Shown here in pieces: positions 24,800 through 37,485 of a DNA stretch of 64,000 nt (position 1 is the stretch's first letter; every line of letters starts with the position of its first letter). The translations under genes and the position numbers were made by a program. Source of the stretch: Octopus sinensis (taxonomy: Eukaryota); the NCBI RefSeq assembly GCF_006345805.1, contig NC_043014.1:41044001-41108000 (forward strand). The letters run 5' to 3'. The notes under the pieces were generated by a model. The model ran no database searches, had not been told where the DNA came from, and worked only from the letters and a program-made list of their open reading frames with translations.

Positions 24800-26485
24800 C
24801 TGCTAATAACAGAAATTCACCATTTAATTTCAAAACCACATCATATACACTTAACGCATTTAATGTTCCCCGTCGTTTTTATAATATAATTCATCATAAG
24901 TTTTCTTTCATACGATAATTCCTGCCAAGAAGCAAACAGTATTGATTTCCAGTTGACATTTTTACTCTGTTTCAACAAGACAAAATGGAGAAGAGTAGCA
25001 AAAATTAATTAATTCGGAGGAATTTTCCACCTCCAGCGAAATACATCGAATACGGATAATAAACAAATGATTCCTGATCTACATTATTTTTTCAGTCAGT
25101 GGAATCATTATAATTAGATTCCAACGAAGAAATTTCGATTTATAATTATATATTAATAAAGAATATCAATTACTTGCTAATAACAGCGTGTCAACTAACT
25201 GCTTACAACTAAATATATCTCAGAGAATTGCTGCCAATTACTGTAGACTATTTATCAAAAACATTTTCGTCGGAATTTACTCTAACAGTTGATAAATGTA
25301 ATAAATATAGCGTATATTAGATGTTTAATGTCAATTAGTGGTGTAGTCAACAACTAATGAAACTTTAGATCAGAGATATATATGGCTAAACCGTCTGCAA
25401 AACGTTTTGATTTATCGGTTTAATAACATTGAAACCATATAAATATTGTCACAGAATCAGGATTTTTGAAAGTAAGAGGCTGAAATTGATACTTCGTTAG
25501 TTTGTCCGGTTTTAGGAAACAGATTAATGGCGTTGTTAATTTTGAAACAATTGAACTTTCTTATAATATAACTATCCATTACATTGGAAAGGTTAAGAGT
25601 GAATATTTCAGCTTATCGCAACACAACTGCACGCATCAGTACTCTAATTGCAGATTAGTAACATATAAAAGTTAGCATCACCTGTGCACTAGTGCAAAAC
25701 TAATCAAGTTAATTTTTATAAATTGTATAATTGTTATATCATGCCTCACCTTCCGATTTGGACGATCCGGAGATCAAAGCAGTTAGATGGGACAATTTAG
25801 AAAGGGTTAGACAACTGTAATACTTATTGTTGCAATATTCCAGTGACTTATCACAGTTTATAGATGCTCCAGTTGTGACCAGCCTGCCTTGCTGTGTATA
25901 TTGAGTTTCAGTGTCTAATTTGTCTTCTCCTTTTTTAAAGACAACGGTGTGTGATTTGAGGGAAAATCCGGCCCTTATTTATGGCAGGACCGTATTAATT
26001 GCTCATTAAATTCGATTCTCTGAAGTCTACGTCTTCGATAATTTCAATGTAAGCTAGTTCTTGCACTCCTCCCAACACCGGCACTGTTGCCATAGAGACC
26101 ATATCGTTTGCAACCATCGACTGTCTGCACCAGATTGCATCCTATCCTACCTGCATGGTCACAACTAATAATTTGGGTCAGTCCTTCATTACCAGACTAA
26201 ACTTTTATCTTTTTTTTTAATTTTATCCGAACATATTAGATTAATCCAGACGCTGTATAACCAAGCAAACACACAGTAATATCTACCTCTCGCATATCTG
26301 TTTCTTCAAATCAGAACGAGTTCTTCTAGTTCTATTCCGGCTAACACTGGTGTCGAATGTATTTCATCCCCACGGACCTGTAGCATCCAAGCGAGTGACT
26401 GAAAATACCATTGTACACACATGCCTATTTACATCTTTCACATATCCAGACTGCGTGCAGCAATATTTGAAGATATGTTACTTAC

Positions 26486-26579
26486 CACAGCTAACCGGGA
26501 GACTGTTACCCATCACCGCTTGATTACGATCAGAAAAAAAGACAGTAAAGGACAAAGGGTTCCCTCATGTATGGCACAA
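26486..26579 (-). CDS. Possible upstream/first coding exon of the same gene
   Basis: Acceptor CTACTTTTGTAG|, donor GTG|GTAAGT. ATG at 26513 gives MGNSLPVSC in phase 1, compatible with exon A. Speculative. Confidence 0.25.
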
Positions 26580-26668
26580 CTACAAAAGTAGTTTAGAGCC
26601 TTCTACTTCCTTGCTAAGATTGTCTCCATCAATTTTCTGAAATATATGTTTATATATATATATATATA

Positions 26669-26985
26669 AAGGAAATGAAGAAAAAGCTGACAAAATAATT
26701 TAAGTAAGGGAGAGTGTATTAATTAGGTGAAAGTTCTTTTTACCGGTTGCGCATTTGTTATGCTTATCAAAAGATATATTTTTAAGAGAGATAGAGTTCC
26801 TTTCTGATAGATTTTTTTCTCTTACCAGATAAGAGAAAAAAATCTATCAGAAAGGAACTCTATCTCTCTTAAAAAACATCTTTTGATAAGCATAACAAAT
26901 GCGCAACCGGTAAAAAGAACTTTCACCTAATTAAATACACTCTCTCTTACTTAAATTATTTTGTCAGCATTTTCTTCATTTCCTT
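26669..26985. repeat. ~317-bp near-perfect palindrome (156-bp arms, 5-nt loop CCAGA)
   Basis: AAGGAAATGAAGAAAAAGCTGACAAAATAATTTAAG...CTCTTA CCAGA TAAGAG...CTTAAATTATTTTGTCAGCATTTTCTTCATTTCCTT; a few mismatches; TA-rich flanks. Confidence 0.95.
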
Positions 26986-27019
26986 TTTTTATATATCACA
27001 ACTCGTGTTCCACATCTCC

Positions 27020-27076
<57 letters not shown>

Positions 27077-27953
27077 GTATATATGTATATATATTATGAA
27101 ATATTCGTACTTAGATCTCAACCACGCTGACTCTTAGAACCCTTTCATTGTTACCCGTTTCTTTCACATCTATACACTGCATGTTCTCAACAAAGCTGCA
27201 TTTCAAGATCTCCTGCTCTTTGCTTTGGTATCACCACCATGTACATAAAGTTGTCATGTGTGAAAAATCCTTCAATCACTTTAGTAGAAACTTGCAACCA
27301 TGCGAAGAGCTAAGTGTGGCCTTTCGAAAGAAGTACAACGTTTGAGGGAAAAACCATTATGCTGCCATATATTTTTGTGAATTTAATTTTTAAAAATATC
27401 CTACTTTCTAAATTTACTAATTACGAATTTTAGAAATATCTCACTATATTTCTTTGTCTGCCCTCATAATTACTAGTTTCAGGCAATTATAACTGAGTTT
27501 AAAATCTAGAAATCAGCAGAAATGTTAGATTGAAAAACAACTATAAAGTCATTAAGGAGATTCTTATTCCGAAACTTCGCCCTTGATTTTCTTGGAGATT
27601 TTTTGAAAAATTATATTTTCTAAAATAATAGGTTTGCAGTGTAAAAAAGGCTTTTGAAAATGCTGCCTTGTCAGATGGAGTTAATTTCAATGCTGCCCTG
27701 TCAGTTGGAAGTTAAATTCAACTTGGCCTTGTCAGATGTGATTTAAAAACAATGTTTGATGATAGCCTTGTCGAAGCTTTCCAACAGCCAGCTCAACAGA
27801 TGCACCCGTCATCCACCTTGTCAAATGACTTGACAACTGCCTTGTCACTCTCTTCAGTCATAATTAAAATACAGCTAAAACTTTCAAAGCTGCTACAAAA
27901 TGTTAAAATTCTCAACATCTCTGATGATATTACACAGTCACTTCATATATATA

Positions 27954-28171
27954 CAGGGTGTCCTAGAAGTTGCACACCATCCTGGTTTCTTTAAAAGAAT
28001 ACACCCTTATTGAGTTCAAAAACACTTTATTGAAATTAATCGTAACAAATGCTCAAATTGAGAACCCTCTACAATAAAACATGCAGGAAAAAATATAATA
28101 AAATAAAATTTTATTAAATTTTATTATTTTTCATGAAAACTAGAATGGTACGGGACTTCTGGGACACCCTG
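27954..28171. mobile_element. Tc1/mariner-type MITE with TA TSD
   Basis: TA|CAGGGTGTCCTAGAAG ... CTTCTGGGACACCCTG|TA. Confidence 0.88.
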
Positions 28172-28189
28172 TATAATATCACCCAAACT

Positions 28190-28600
28190 TCATCACAACA
28201 AACAGAATCTCTATTTACAACCAGGATATCTTCACATCCCGTCCAGTGCATTACGATCTACAAAGCTCAAATAAAATTTCCTATAGAATACTGCTCACAT
28301 ATATAGAATCGCACGGACACAATCACACCTGAAATCGCATCCAAAAGAAGAGAAGACCGTTCGACTGAATAGTGATGATTGATTCACCAACATGTTGCAA
28401 TCTTTAGTTGACATGTACCTCTTTTATCGCTAGTTCATCTCTTTTCCATTTGTATTGCTAGTATTGTTATTAATCACTTCGCTTTTATCGCGGTTTTATC
28501 CCTTCATTTCTATTATCACATTACAACACCCTTTGCTCTTCTGAGCGAACAAGTTGCGTACCATCTGCAGATCCTTTCTACTACGTGTCCCGCATTAATT
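28190..28600 (+). mobile_element. Highly decayed CR1/Jockey-group LINE C-terminus
   Basis: Residual translation (L)TIYKAQI..IEYCSHI* ... IQKR, typical of the post-RT region. Confidence 0.6.
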
Positions 28601-28663
28601 TTTCCCAGTCATTCTATTAAGTCTTTGGTAGACGGAAATTATGTGGAAGAGAGTTTCCGTCTA

Positions 28664-29079
28664 AAGGCGGCGAGCTGGCAGAATCGGTAACACGCCGGGC
28701 GAAATGCTTAGCGGTATTTCGTCTGCGTTACGTTGTGAGTTCAAATTCCGCCGAGGTCAACTTTACCTTTCATCCTTTCGGGGCGATTAAATAAATAGCG
28801 GTTACGCACTGGGATCGATATAATCGACTTAATCCGTTTGTCTGTCCTTGTTTGTCCTCTCTGTGTTTAGCCCCTTGTGGGTAGTAAAGAAATAGGTATT
28901 TCATCTGCCGCTACGTTGTGAGTTCAAATTCCGCCGAGGTCGACTTTGCCTTTCATCCTTTCGGGGCCGATTAAATATGTACCGGTTACGCACTGGGATC
29001 GATATAATCGACTTAATCCGTTTGTCTGTCCTTGTTTTTCCTCTCTGTGTTTAGCCCCTTGTGGGTAATAAAGAAATAG
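28664..29079 (+). mobile_element. SINE family B dimer nested in an old family A-like SINE
   Basis: One head, two bodies; flanking duplication GGAAA(T/C)TATGTGGAAGA. Confidence 0.9.
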
Positions 29080-29125
29080 GAAACTATGTGGAAGAACATC
29101 CATATTTACGTGTGTGTGTGTGTTT

Positions 29126-29183
<58 letters not shown>

Positions 29184-29573
29184 TGTGTATGAATGCATGC
29201 GCACGCGTGTTTTCCTGATTCTCCACCATATTCTCTCGACATTAGCGGTGCGGCAAAAAGACACCTACAAAACGAGTATCAAACTAGAAAGAAACGTTAA
29301 GTGTTTGTTCAACTAAACTCTTCAAAGTTGTGCCCCAGCATGGCCACAGTCCAATGACTGAAGCAAATAAAAGAAAATATAAAAGATAAAAATAGAAATG
29401 TAAATTGACTTGTCGAAGACAAATCTAAAAGTTGATGTCGTAATCTGAAATATCCCAGGGGATGGGGGTAGGGATGGGGCCCATGGTTGTTTGCTTGTTT
29501 GTCCACATTGCTTAGATATGTTGCTATGGAGATGAGACAAGACGTTCGGTAATAAGAATTCTCTGATGATGAC

Positions 29574-29608
<35 letters not shown>

Positions 29609-29886
29609 GTATGGCGATGATGATGATGATAAAAACGGAGACTACGACAACGACGACGATAGTGATGATGGTGATGACGACGACGACGATGATGAAGATT
29701 GGTGATGATGATGATGATGATGATGAAGATGATTGATAATATCAGTTGAAAACTAGAGCAAAAATATAGACAAGACCATAAAATTTCAGCTTATAATAAT
29801 AAAGCAGATTTCAAAAAAAAAATATTTATTCCTCTGTGAAATTCACAGAAAGGAGAGAGAGAGAGGGAGAGAGGAGAGAGAAGAGA

Positions 29887-29919
<33 letters not shown>

Positions 29920-30057
29920 GGAGAGAGAGGAAAGAGAGAAGGAAGAGAGAAAGAGAGATAGAGATAGAGAGAAAGCGTTATAAGTACTACTACAACTACC
30001 ACTGATTCCACCAACACCAGCACCAGCACCACAACCACCACCGCCGCCGCCACCACA

Positions 30058-30088
<31 letters not shown>

Positions 30089-30110
30089 ACTACTACTACT
30101 ACTACTGCTG

Positions 30111-30145
<35 letters not shown>

Positions 30146-30271
30146 GCCGCCACCACCACCTTCTACTACTCATAATATTCCGTCAGTAAAAGATTATATC
30201 CCCGACACCAAAACACACCTTTCACATTAGCTAATACTATTCGCACCATTAGAAGAGCCAGCAATAACCAC

Positions 30272-30425
30272 GATGACAACGATGAAAACGATGACAATGA
30301 TGACGATGACGACGGTGACGATGACGACGATGATGATGACGATGACGATGGTGACGAAGATGAAGACGACGATGATGATGACGACGATGATGATGACGAC
30401 GATGACGATGACAACGATGACGATG

Positions 30426-30461
<36 letters not shown>

Positions 30462-30770
30462 GTGATGACGATAGCGATGACGATGACGACGACGACGACG
30501 ATGATGACGATGACAACGATGACATTGACGACGACAATGACGATGATGATGATGACGATGACGATTACAACGATAACAACGATGGCGATGACGAAGATGA
30601 CGATTACAATGAGGACGGCGATGATAATAATGATGATAATGACGACGACGATGACGATGACAATGATCACAACGACGAGGATGATGACGACGATGACGAC
30701 GATAATGACGATGAAGAGTATGATGATGAAAACGATGACGATGATGACAATACGTCGACAAAGACGATAC
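30272..30770. repeat. Degenerate (GAT/GAC)n trinucleotide tract
   Basis: About 500 bp, no frameshifts; source of the Thr/Met-, Ser- and His/Arg-rich ORFs. Confidence 0.95.
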
Positions 30771-30907
30771 CAACAGCAACGACATTATTAAACAGTAAAA
30801 CAATATTATTAATAAACCATGAAAATATTCAGCCACGGCAGCAGTTCTAAGTAGTCAACCTGAATGATTGGCTGACGGATGTACTGTGCAATGAGTACCA
30901 TGTTCTC

Positions 30908-30962
<55 letters not shown>

Positions 30963-31310
30963 GTGTGTGTTGTGCAGAGTGACTCAGAAGTCATCAGCTC
31001 ACATAATGTTGCTGAAGGCCTTGTGAACTCATTGCCACGCTCGCTAATGTTACCAACGAGCTGTATAGACACGGCAAATGCAGCCAATTACATGCCGAAC
31101 ATTTTCATGTGTGAGGAGAGCGAGTGTGTGAGAGAGTGAGAGAGAGAGAGAGGGGGGAGGAAGATAGATAGAGAGAAGGAGAGAGCGGGATAGACATAGA
31201 GATAGAGAGAGAGGGGAGAGAGAGCGGGTTAGATGTAGAGATAGATAGAGAAAAGGGAGAGAGAGAGAGAGGGGGGAGACAAAGAAAAGAGAGTAAAAGA
31301 TAGATAGAAT

Positions 31311-31344
<34 letters not shown>

Positions 31345-32074
31345 GAGAGAGAAGGGATAAGGAGATTGATAGACAGAGAGAGGGGAGTGAGAGGGAGAGA
31401 GAGAAGGGAGAGAGGTAGAGAGAAACAAAAAGCGGGAGAGAGAATGAGAGAAAGAGAGATAGAGGGGAGAGACAAAAAATAGAGATAGAGAGAGAGAAAG
31501 GGGAAGAGAGAGAAAAGAGAGAAAAAGATAGATAGAGATAGAGAGAGAGAGAGAGACAGAGAAAGTGAGAGAGAAATTAGTGTCTACTTTTGGATTTGAA
31601 TAAGATACCGCTTTTCAATTAAAAAGAAGAGGAACAATCCCTGAAAATCTGGGAAGTTTGTGAGAAAACCAGTTCTTAAAATTCCATTAGGTGAAAGCAG
31701 TTCAATCATGATAGAAATCGTATTCATGAGATTTTTTTTTTCTGTTATCAAAGCCACATACACACTCACACATATATGTGGATACATAGGCGCGTACACA
31801 CATATATATATAGACAAGCATATGCAGACATGTTTACTCGTATGGTTATGTGTATATAGAGGCGTGTGTTACTGAGTAAAGTAAAGTACACACGTTTACA
31901 ACACATAATTTGTGCACATAAACGAGTTTATACACAAATACACAGTGAAACATTAATCCTTTATGTGAAATTTCTAAATGCACGCGGCGTAAAATGCACA
32001 GAAATCTGTAAAGCAAAATAAATTTTTTTAAAATAAAATTGTACTTGCAATTGCCATCTGCCCCGTGGATGACG

Positions 32075-32338
32075 ACGGCATGAGAAAGTGGTTATGAAGT
32101 TTGCTTTGCAATAGCCAGGTCCTGGGTTCGATCCCGTTACGCCATTTCCAGGGCTTATGTCTCCGACCATGACTTCAGATCGATTCGAGGCTCATGAGTG
32201 AAATTACGTCTACAGAAACTAGACGCAACTCGATCGAATGTAGTTGTGATTCGAAGGCGGCTTTGTGAGGGGCCGTCACACTAAATCTGACAGAGGATTT
32301 GGTCAAAGATATACGTGTCTGTGGAACACTCAGCCATC
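32075..32338 (+). mobile_element. Decayed tRNA-derived SINE ending at the (TAA)n array
   Basis: A-box-like AGTGGTT, B-box GGGTTCGATCCC; body runs into (TAA)n. Confidence 0.6.
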
Positions 32339-32392
32339 TATAATAATAATAATAATAATAATAAATAATAATAATAATAATAAAATAATATA

Positions 32393-32450
<58 letters not shown>

Positions 32451-32467
32451 TAGTAGTAATAATAATA

Positions 32468-32498
<31 letters not shown>

Positions 32499-32704
32499 TA
32501 ATAATAAAATAATGATAGTAGTAGTAGTAATAATAATAATAATAATAATAATGATAGTAGTAGTAGTAGTAATAATAAAATAATAATAATGATAATAATA
32601 ACAGTAAAATAATAATAATAATAATATAATAATATAATAATAATAATAATAATAATATGTAGTAGTAGTAGTCAGTAATAATAATAATAATGATAATAAT
32701 AACA

Positions 32705-32759
<55 letters not shown>

Positions 32760-32792
32760 TAGTAGTAGTAGTAGTAGTAATAATAATAATAA

Positions 32793-32829
<37 letters not shown>
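32339..32829. repeat. (TAA)n/(TAG)n microsatellite
   Basis: Direct reading. Confidence 0.95.
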
Positions 32830-32834
<5 letters not shown>

Positions 32835-33705
32835 GCCCCTTCATGGTAAATACTGGACTAAACTAAACGCAAAAGAAATAGACAAAGAAAAATCCCAGCA
32901 ATGGTTGAGAAGCTCAGGACTCAAAGCAGTAACAGAGGGATTTTTAATTGCAGCAGAAGACCAAAGCCTCCCCACCAGAAATTACCAAAAACATGTAATG
33001 AAAAGAAATATTACAAGTAACCGCAGAATATGTGGAGATGGACAAGAAACAATAAATCATATTATCTCTAGCTGCCCAGTCCTGGTTAAGAAGGAATATA
33101 TTCACAGACATGACAGAGTTGGAACCTACATACATTGGAAGCTATGCCAACATTATGGAATAACAACAGAAAAAAGATGGTATAGGCACACACCAGAAAA
33201 GGTCACAGAAACGAGGAGAAAGCAACCATACTCTGGGATATGCCGATACACACAGATAGAGAAATTAAGGCCAACAGACCAGATATAGTTGTCAGAGATC
33301 ATGAAGAAAAAAAAATGCTTTCTAATTGATGTATCAATACCGGCAGATGACAACGTGTCTCTAAAAGAAATGGAGAAACTCTCAAAATCCAAAGACCTGG
33401 AAATAGAGGTAACTAGAATGTGGAACCTGAAAACAGAAACAATTCCTATTATAGTAGGTGCATTAGGCATGATAAAAAAATATTCAGACAAATACATAAC
33501 AAAAACACCAGGACTTACAAACACATATAACATACAGAAAATTGCACTACTAGGCACTGCACACATCCTACGCAGAACACTTTCCATACAATAACCATCA
33601 GAGCATCACAACAAATCACAGCACATACCCAAGGCACACAGAGCTGCGCTCGGTAGTGAAGTGAAAGCACGCTATAAAAATAAAACTACTGAATAATAAT
33701 AATAA
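32830..33705 (+). mobile_element. 5'-truncated R4/Dong-like non-LTR retrotransposon (zinc knuckle plus restriction-like endonuclease)
   Basis: KPLHG...LKAVTEGFLIAAEDQSL; (C>R)RICG...ETINHIISSC knuckle; RHDRV; ANRPDIVV...LIDVSIP...KDLE...PIIVGALG. One frameshift at ~33215; 3' UTR then (TAA)n. Confidence 0.92.
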
Positions 33706-33979
33706 TAGAATATGATCTATTCACCAATCTGATGCCCAACTACAATGGTAGGGGTGTTGATGGTGATAATGAAAAAAAAAAAGTAATGACAATATGCTGC
33801 AGATGTTGATACTAAAGACTATTAATACTACAATAATACTACAACTACTACTATATGATAGCACAGGAATCTGAGGCCCAACTACCACCCTTACCACTAG
33901 CCCAACCCTGCTACTGTTGCTGTTGATGCACCCACTGCTACTACTACACATAAAAACAATAATACCAGTTATATCAGTG

Positions 33980-34058
<79 letters not shown>

Positions 34059-34065
34059 TGATGAT

Positions 34066-35297
34066 GATGAAAAGGAAACGGGTGGAGTATCCTTACAGGC
34101 TCATAATGATACATCCAGCGATGGTGTCACAATAAAAACACTGGTAATTGCGCAACCTGATAATCGCTACCTCATATGAGTGACAATGAAAACAAAATAT
34201 TGTGAATAACTGAAGCCAATGATGGTGAAGTGTTACACCCGGTAGGTTCAGAGATTCTGGTCCGGCTCCAACCTGTCGATATCCAGAAATGGACCACCAC
34301 ACACGGCGTAGATGGAGCAAACAAATTAACGCTGTGGTCATGGAGTGTTACTACCTGACCAACCCGGTAGATGAAAATGGTGCTCAAATTAGGGGTTACC
34401 GACAACGTATGTATGATCATTGGAGAGAACTGGAATTGTTTCAACTCACGGAACAGAGACTATGTGATCAAGCTAGAGCAATAAGAAAACATTTTGAGTT
34501 CACAGAAGTAGAGCTCGAAGCTATCAAAAGACGGGTCATGGACAATAGCAGCATAGATAAGAATGAAAATACTGTTTTTACTAATAAGAGTAATCTCAGA
34601 GCACAAGAAAGGAGCAGTGGTAGCTTACTTGATGAGAGACATAGAGATGATCTAAAAGAAGACGATAAAACTAATAGCGACATGACAGATGAACAAAAGG
34701 CAATCTACGACAGAATAAAGGTAAGACTACCGGAGAACGATAGCGACATTATTTGCAACCTTAAAAAGATTGATCGATGGAAACTGAACCAAGAAACGAA
34801 AAATGTCAATGAAATTCTGAAATACATCAGAACAAACAACATCACAGAAACAAATAATTTGATCAAGGCATCAAGTATTGTTGTAGCTGAAAATGTGGGT
34901 GTCGATGTCAAGAAAAAGAAACATAATGGGAGTGACAAAAGAAAAGATCCATGGTGGAAAAGAAGAATCCAGGCAGGGTTAGACATGCTCTCGAAGGAAA
35001 TCTCTGTGTTAGACCGAAAAGAGAAAGGGGAGCTTAAAAGCGAACAAAAATACAGGGCACTGAAAAGGAAGTATAATATTAAAAGAAAGGGGCCTGAAAG
35101 TTGTAGTGGAGGAACTGAAACAGCGCCTCGTTGCAAAGATGATAAGATACGACCAAAGAATGAAGGGTTACCACCAGAATAGGCTATTCAGAGTAGATCA
35201 GGAGAGATTCTATAAAGAAATAAATGGAGGAAGTACATATGAAAAGTTGATACCAGATAACATTGAAAGTCAAAGGTTTTGGAGTGACATTTGGAGC
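34066..35297 (+). mobile_element. 5' portion of a second R4/Dong-like element
   Basis: ORF 34289-35182: RRRWSKQINAVVMECYY...RGYRQRMYDHW...TEQRLCDQARAIRK...PWWKRRI. Frameshift ~35095 into EELKQRL...QNRLFRVDQERFYKEI. Starts right after (TAA)n(TGA)n. Confidence 0.88.
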
Positions 35298-35835
35298 TCA
35301 CGTTGTCAGGCAGTGGAACCCAAAACTATATCGCGTGATTGCGAAGCGAAGTTTTTAACCATTCGGCTTTTCTGTGCTACCTGCAAACTTATACACTGAG
35401 TCAGTAGTTTAGTTGACTGTAAAAGTAGATTGCTCATCGTAAAACCGATGAAAGATCCATTTTGCTTTTGATTATACCTACCTTGCAGTTCTAAGCTATA
35501 AATATCTCTTTTTTTGTGATATTAATTATTTTTACTCTGTTCCAAAGACATTTTTTTCTAAGGAATAGATAAATAAATCCCAGCATATAGCGGTTCTTGT
35601 TTTATCGATTAGAGAGATGAAAGAAAACTTTGCTCCTGGGGATATTTAAACTCAAAGAGTTGAGAAACGAAATTAAATATCTAAGATAACCAAACGTTAG
35701 ACGTTTCCTTACTATTACAGCAACCATCAACAACAGCAGCAACAGCAACAGCAGAAGCAACAGCAGCAGCAACAGCAGCAACAGCAGCAGCAGCAGCAAC
35801 AGCACCACCACCACAATTTTTCAGATATTCTGTAA

Positions 35836-36060
35836 TATCGGTTTCAAATTTTGGCACAAGGTTAGCAATTTCTGGGGTGGGGGAGAGGGGTAAGTCGATT
35901 ACATCGATCCCAGTGCTCAACTGGTATTTATCCTTTCGACTCCCGAAAGGGATGAAATGCAAAGTCGACCTCGACGGAATTTGAACTCAGAACGTAAAGA
36001 CGGACGAAATGCTGCTTAGCGTTTTATCCGGTATGCTAACGATCTGCCAGCTCGCTCCCT
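35836..36060 (-). mobile_element. SINE family B (ancestral tail)
   Basis: Body plus CCAAAATTTGAAACCGATAT tail. Confidence 0.85.
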
Positions 36061-36315
36061 TAGCTATTCTGCAATGTTGTGAATCTAGAGTTGAAAATTT
36101 GTTACTGAATAACAACCACCAGCTACTTCTATAAAATGGTCAATTAAAGAAAGTATTGCTCTATCCACTACTGGGCTATTAGTTTATATCTATTGCAGAC
36201 ATTTGGCTGGTTCTTGAGCAAGACATTTAGTTCAGCTTTAGATTAGTTTGTACTGGGTCTAGGTTTCAGGCTTATATGGGAAAATAATCGGCAATGGAAC
36301 AATGAATTCCCCTGG

Positions 36316-36379
<64 letters not shown>

Positions 36380-36389
<10 letters not shown>

Positions 36390-36605
36390 ATGTATGTGTT
36401 TGTGTGTCTGTGTTTATCTCCCCCAACATCGCTTGACAACCGATGTTGGTGTGTTTATATCCCCGTAACTTAACGGTTCGGCAAAAGAGACCGGTAGAAT
36501 AAATATTAGGCTTACAAAGAATAAGTCCTGGGGTCGATTTGCTCGACTAAAGGCGGTGCTCCAGCATGGCCACAGTCAAATGTCTGAAAGAGTAAAAGAG
36601 TAGGA
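36380..36605 (+). mobile_element. SINE family A, 3' half
   Basis: Follows (TA)n; canonical tail. Confidence 0.85.
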
Positions 36606-37077
36606 GAGACATTCTGCTTTCATCCAATCACAGATATAAACTAAAGGTCATAGAAGAGAAAATCCTGTCACAAAATGGAAACTGTATCGAATAAGGGTTT
36701 CTAATTTAAGCACAAGACCAGCAATTCTAAGCAGGGAAAGTTTAATCAACTATTCGCCCATAGTAATTGACTGGTGCTTTATTTTATCGACCTCGAAGAG
36801 ATAAAAGGTAAAGTTGACCTCAGCAGGTCTTGAACTCAGAACGTAAAGTGTTGGCACAAATACTACAAAGCAGATTCCCGACGCTCTAACGATTCTGCCA
36901 GGTCAACGCCTAATTGTACGGAATACGGGTTTCTGATTAAGGCACGATATTAGCCATTTCTAGAGGAGATAACATCGACTCTCGAAGGACGAAAGGGTAA
37001 GTTCACTACGGTGACGTTTGAACTCAGAACAAATACTGCGAAGAACTGTTTTTCTCCAACGCTCAAACGATTCTCAT

Positions 37078-37485
37078 TTATTTATTGCCCACAAGGGGCT
37101 ACACACAGAGGGGACAAATAAAGACAGACAAAGGGATTAAATCGATTATATCGACTCCAGTGCGTAACTGGTACTTATTTAATCGACCTCGAAAGGATGA
37201 AAGGCAAAGTCGACTTCGGCGGAATTTGAACTCAGAACATAGCGGCAGACGAAATACCTATTTCTTTATTACCCACAAGGGGCTAAACACAGAGGGGACA
37301 AACAAGGACAGACATAGGTATTAAGTCGATTACATCGACCCCAGTGCGTAACTGGTACTTAATTTATCGACCCCGAAAGGATGAAAGGCAAAGTCGACCT
37401 CGGCGGAATTTGAACTCAGAACGTTAGCGGCAGACGAAATACCGCTAAGCATTTCGCCCGGCGTGCTAACGATTCTGCCAGCTCA
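37078..37485 (-). mobile_element. SINE family B dimer nested in an older copy
   Basis: Two bodies; duplication GCTCAAACGATTCT on both sides. Confidence 0.88.

Noticed and set aside
25750-25980. Long stop-free minus frame upstream of a strong AAG|GTGAGG donor
   Set aside because: The upstream part is a decayed interspersed repeat also seen near 22580-22700 and 54900-54990, and the acceptor lacks a pyrimidine tract. Kept only as an alternative exon.
26050-26420. Repeat-masked-looking unique sequence considered as exons
   Set aside because: Residual translation resembles a heavily decayed LINE RT region with stops in all frames.
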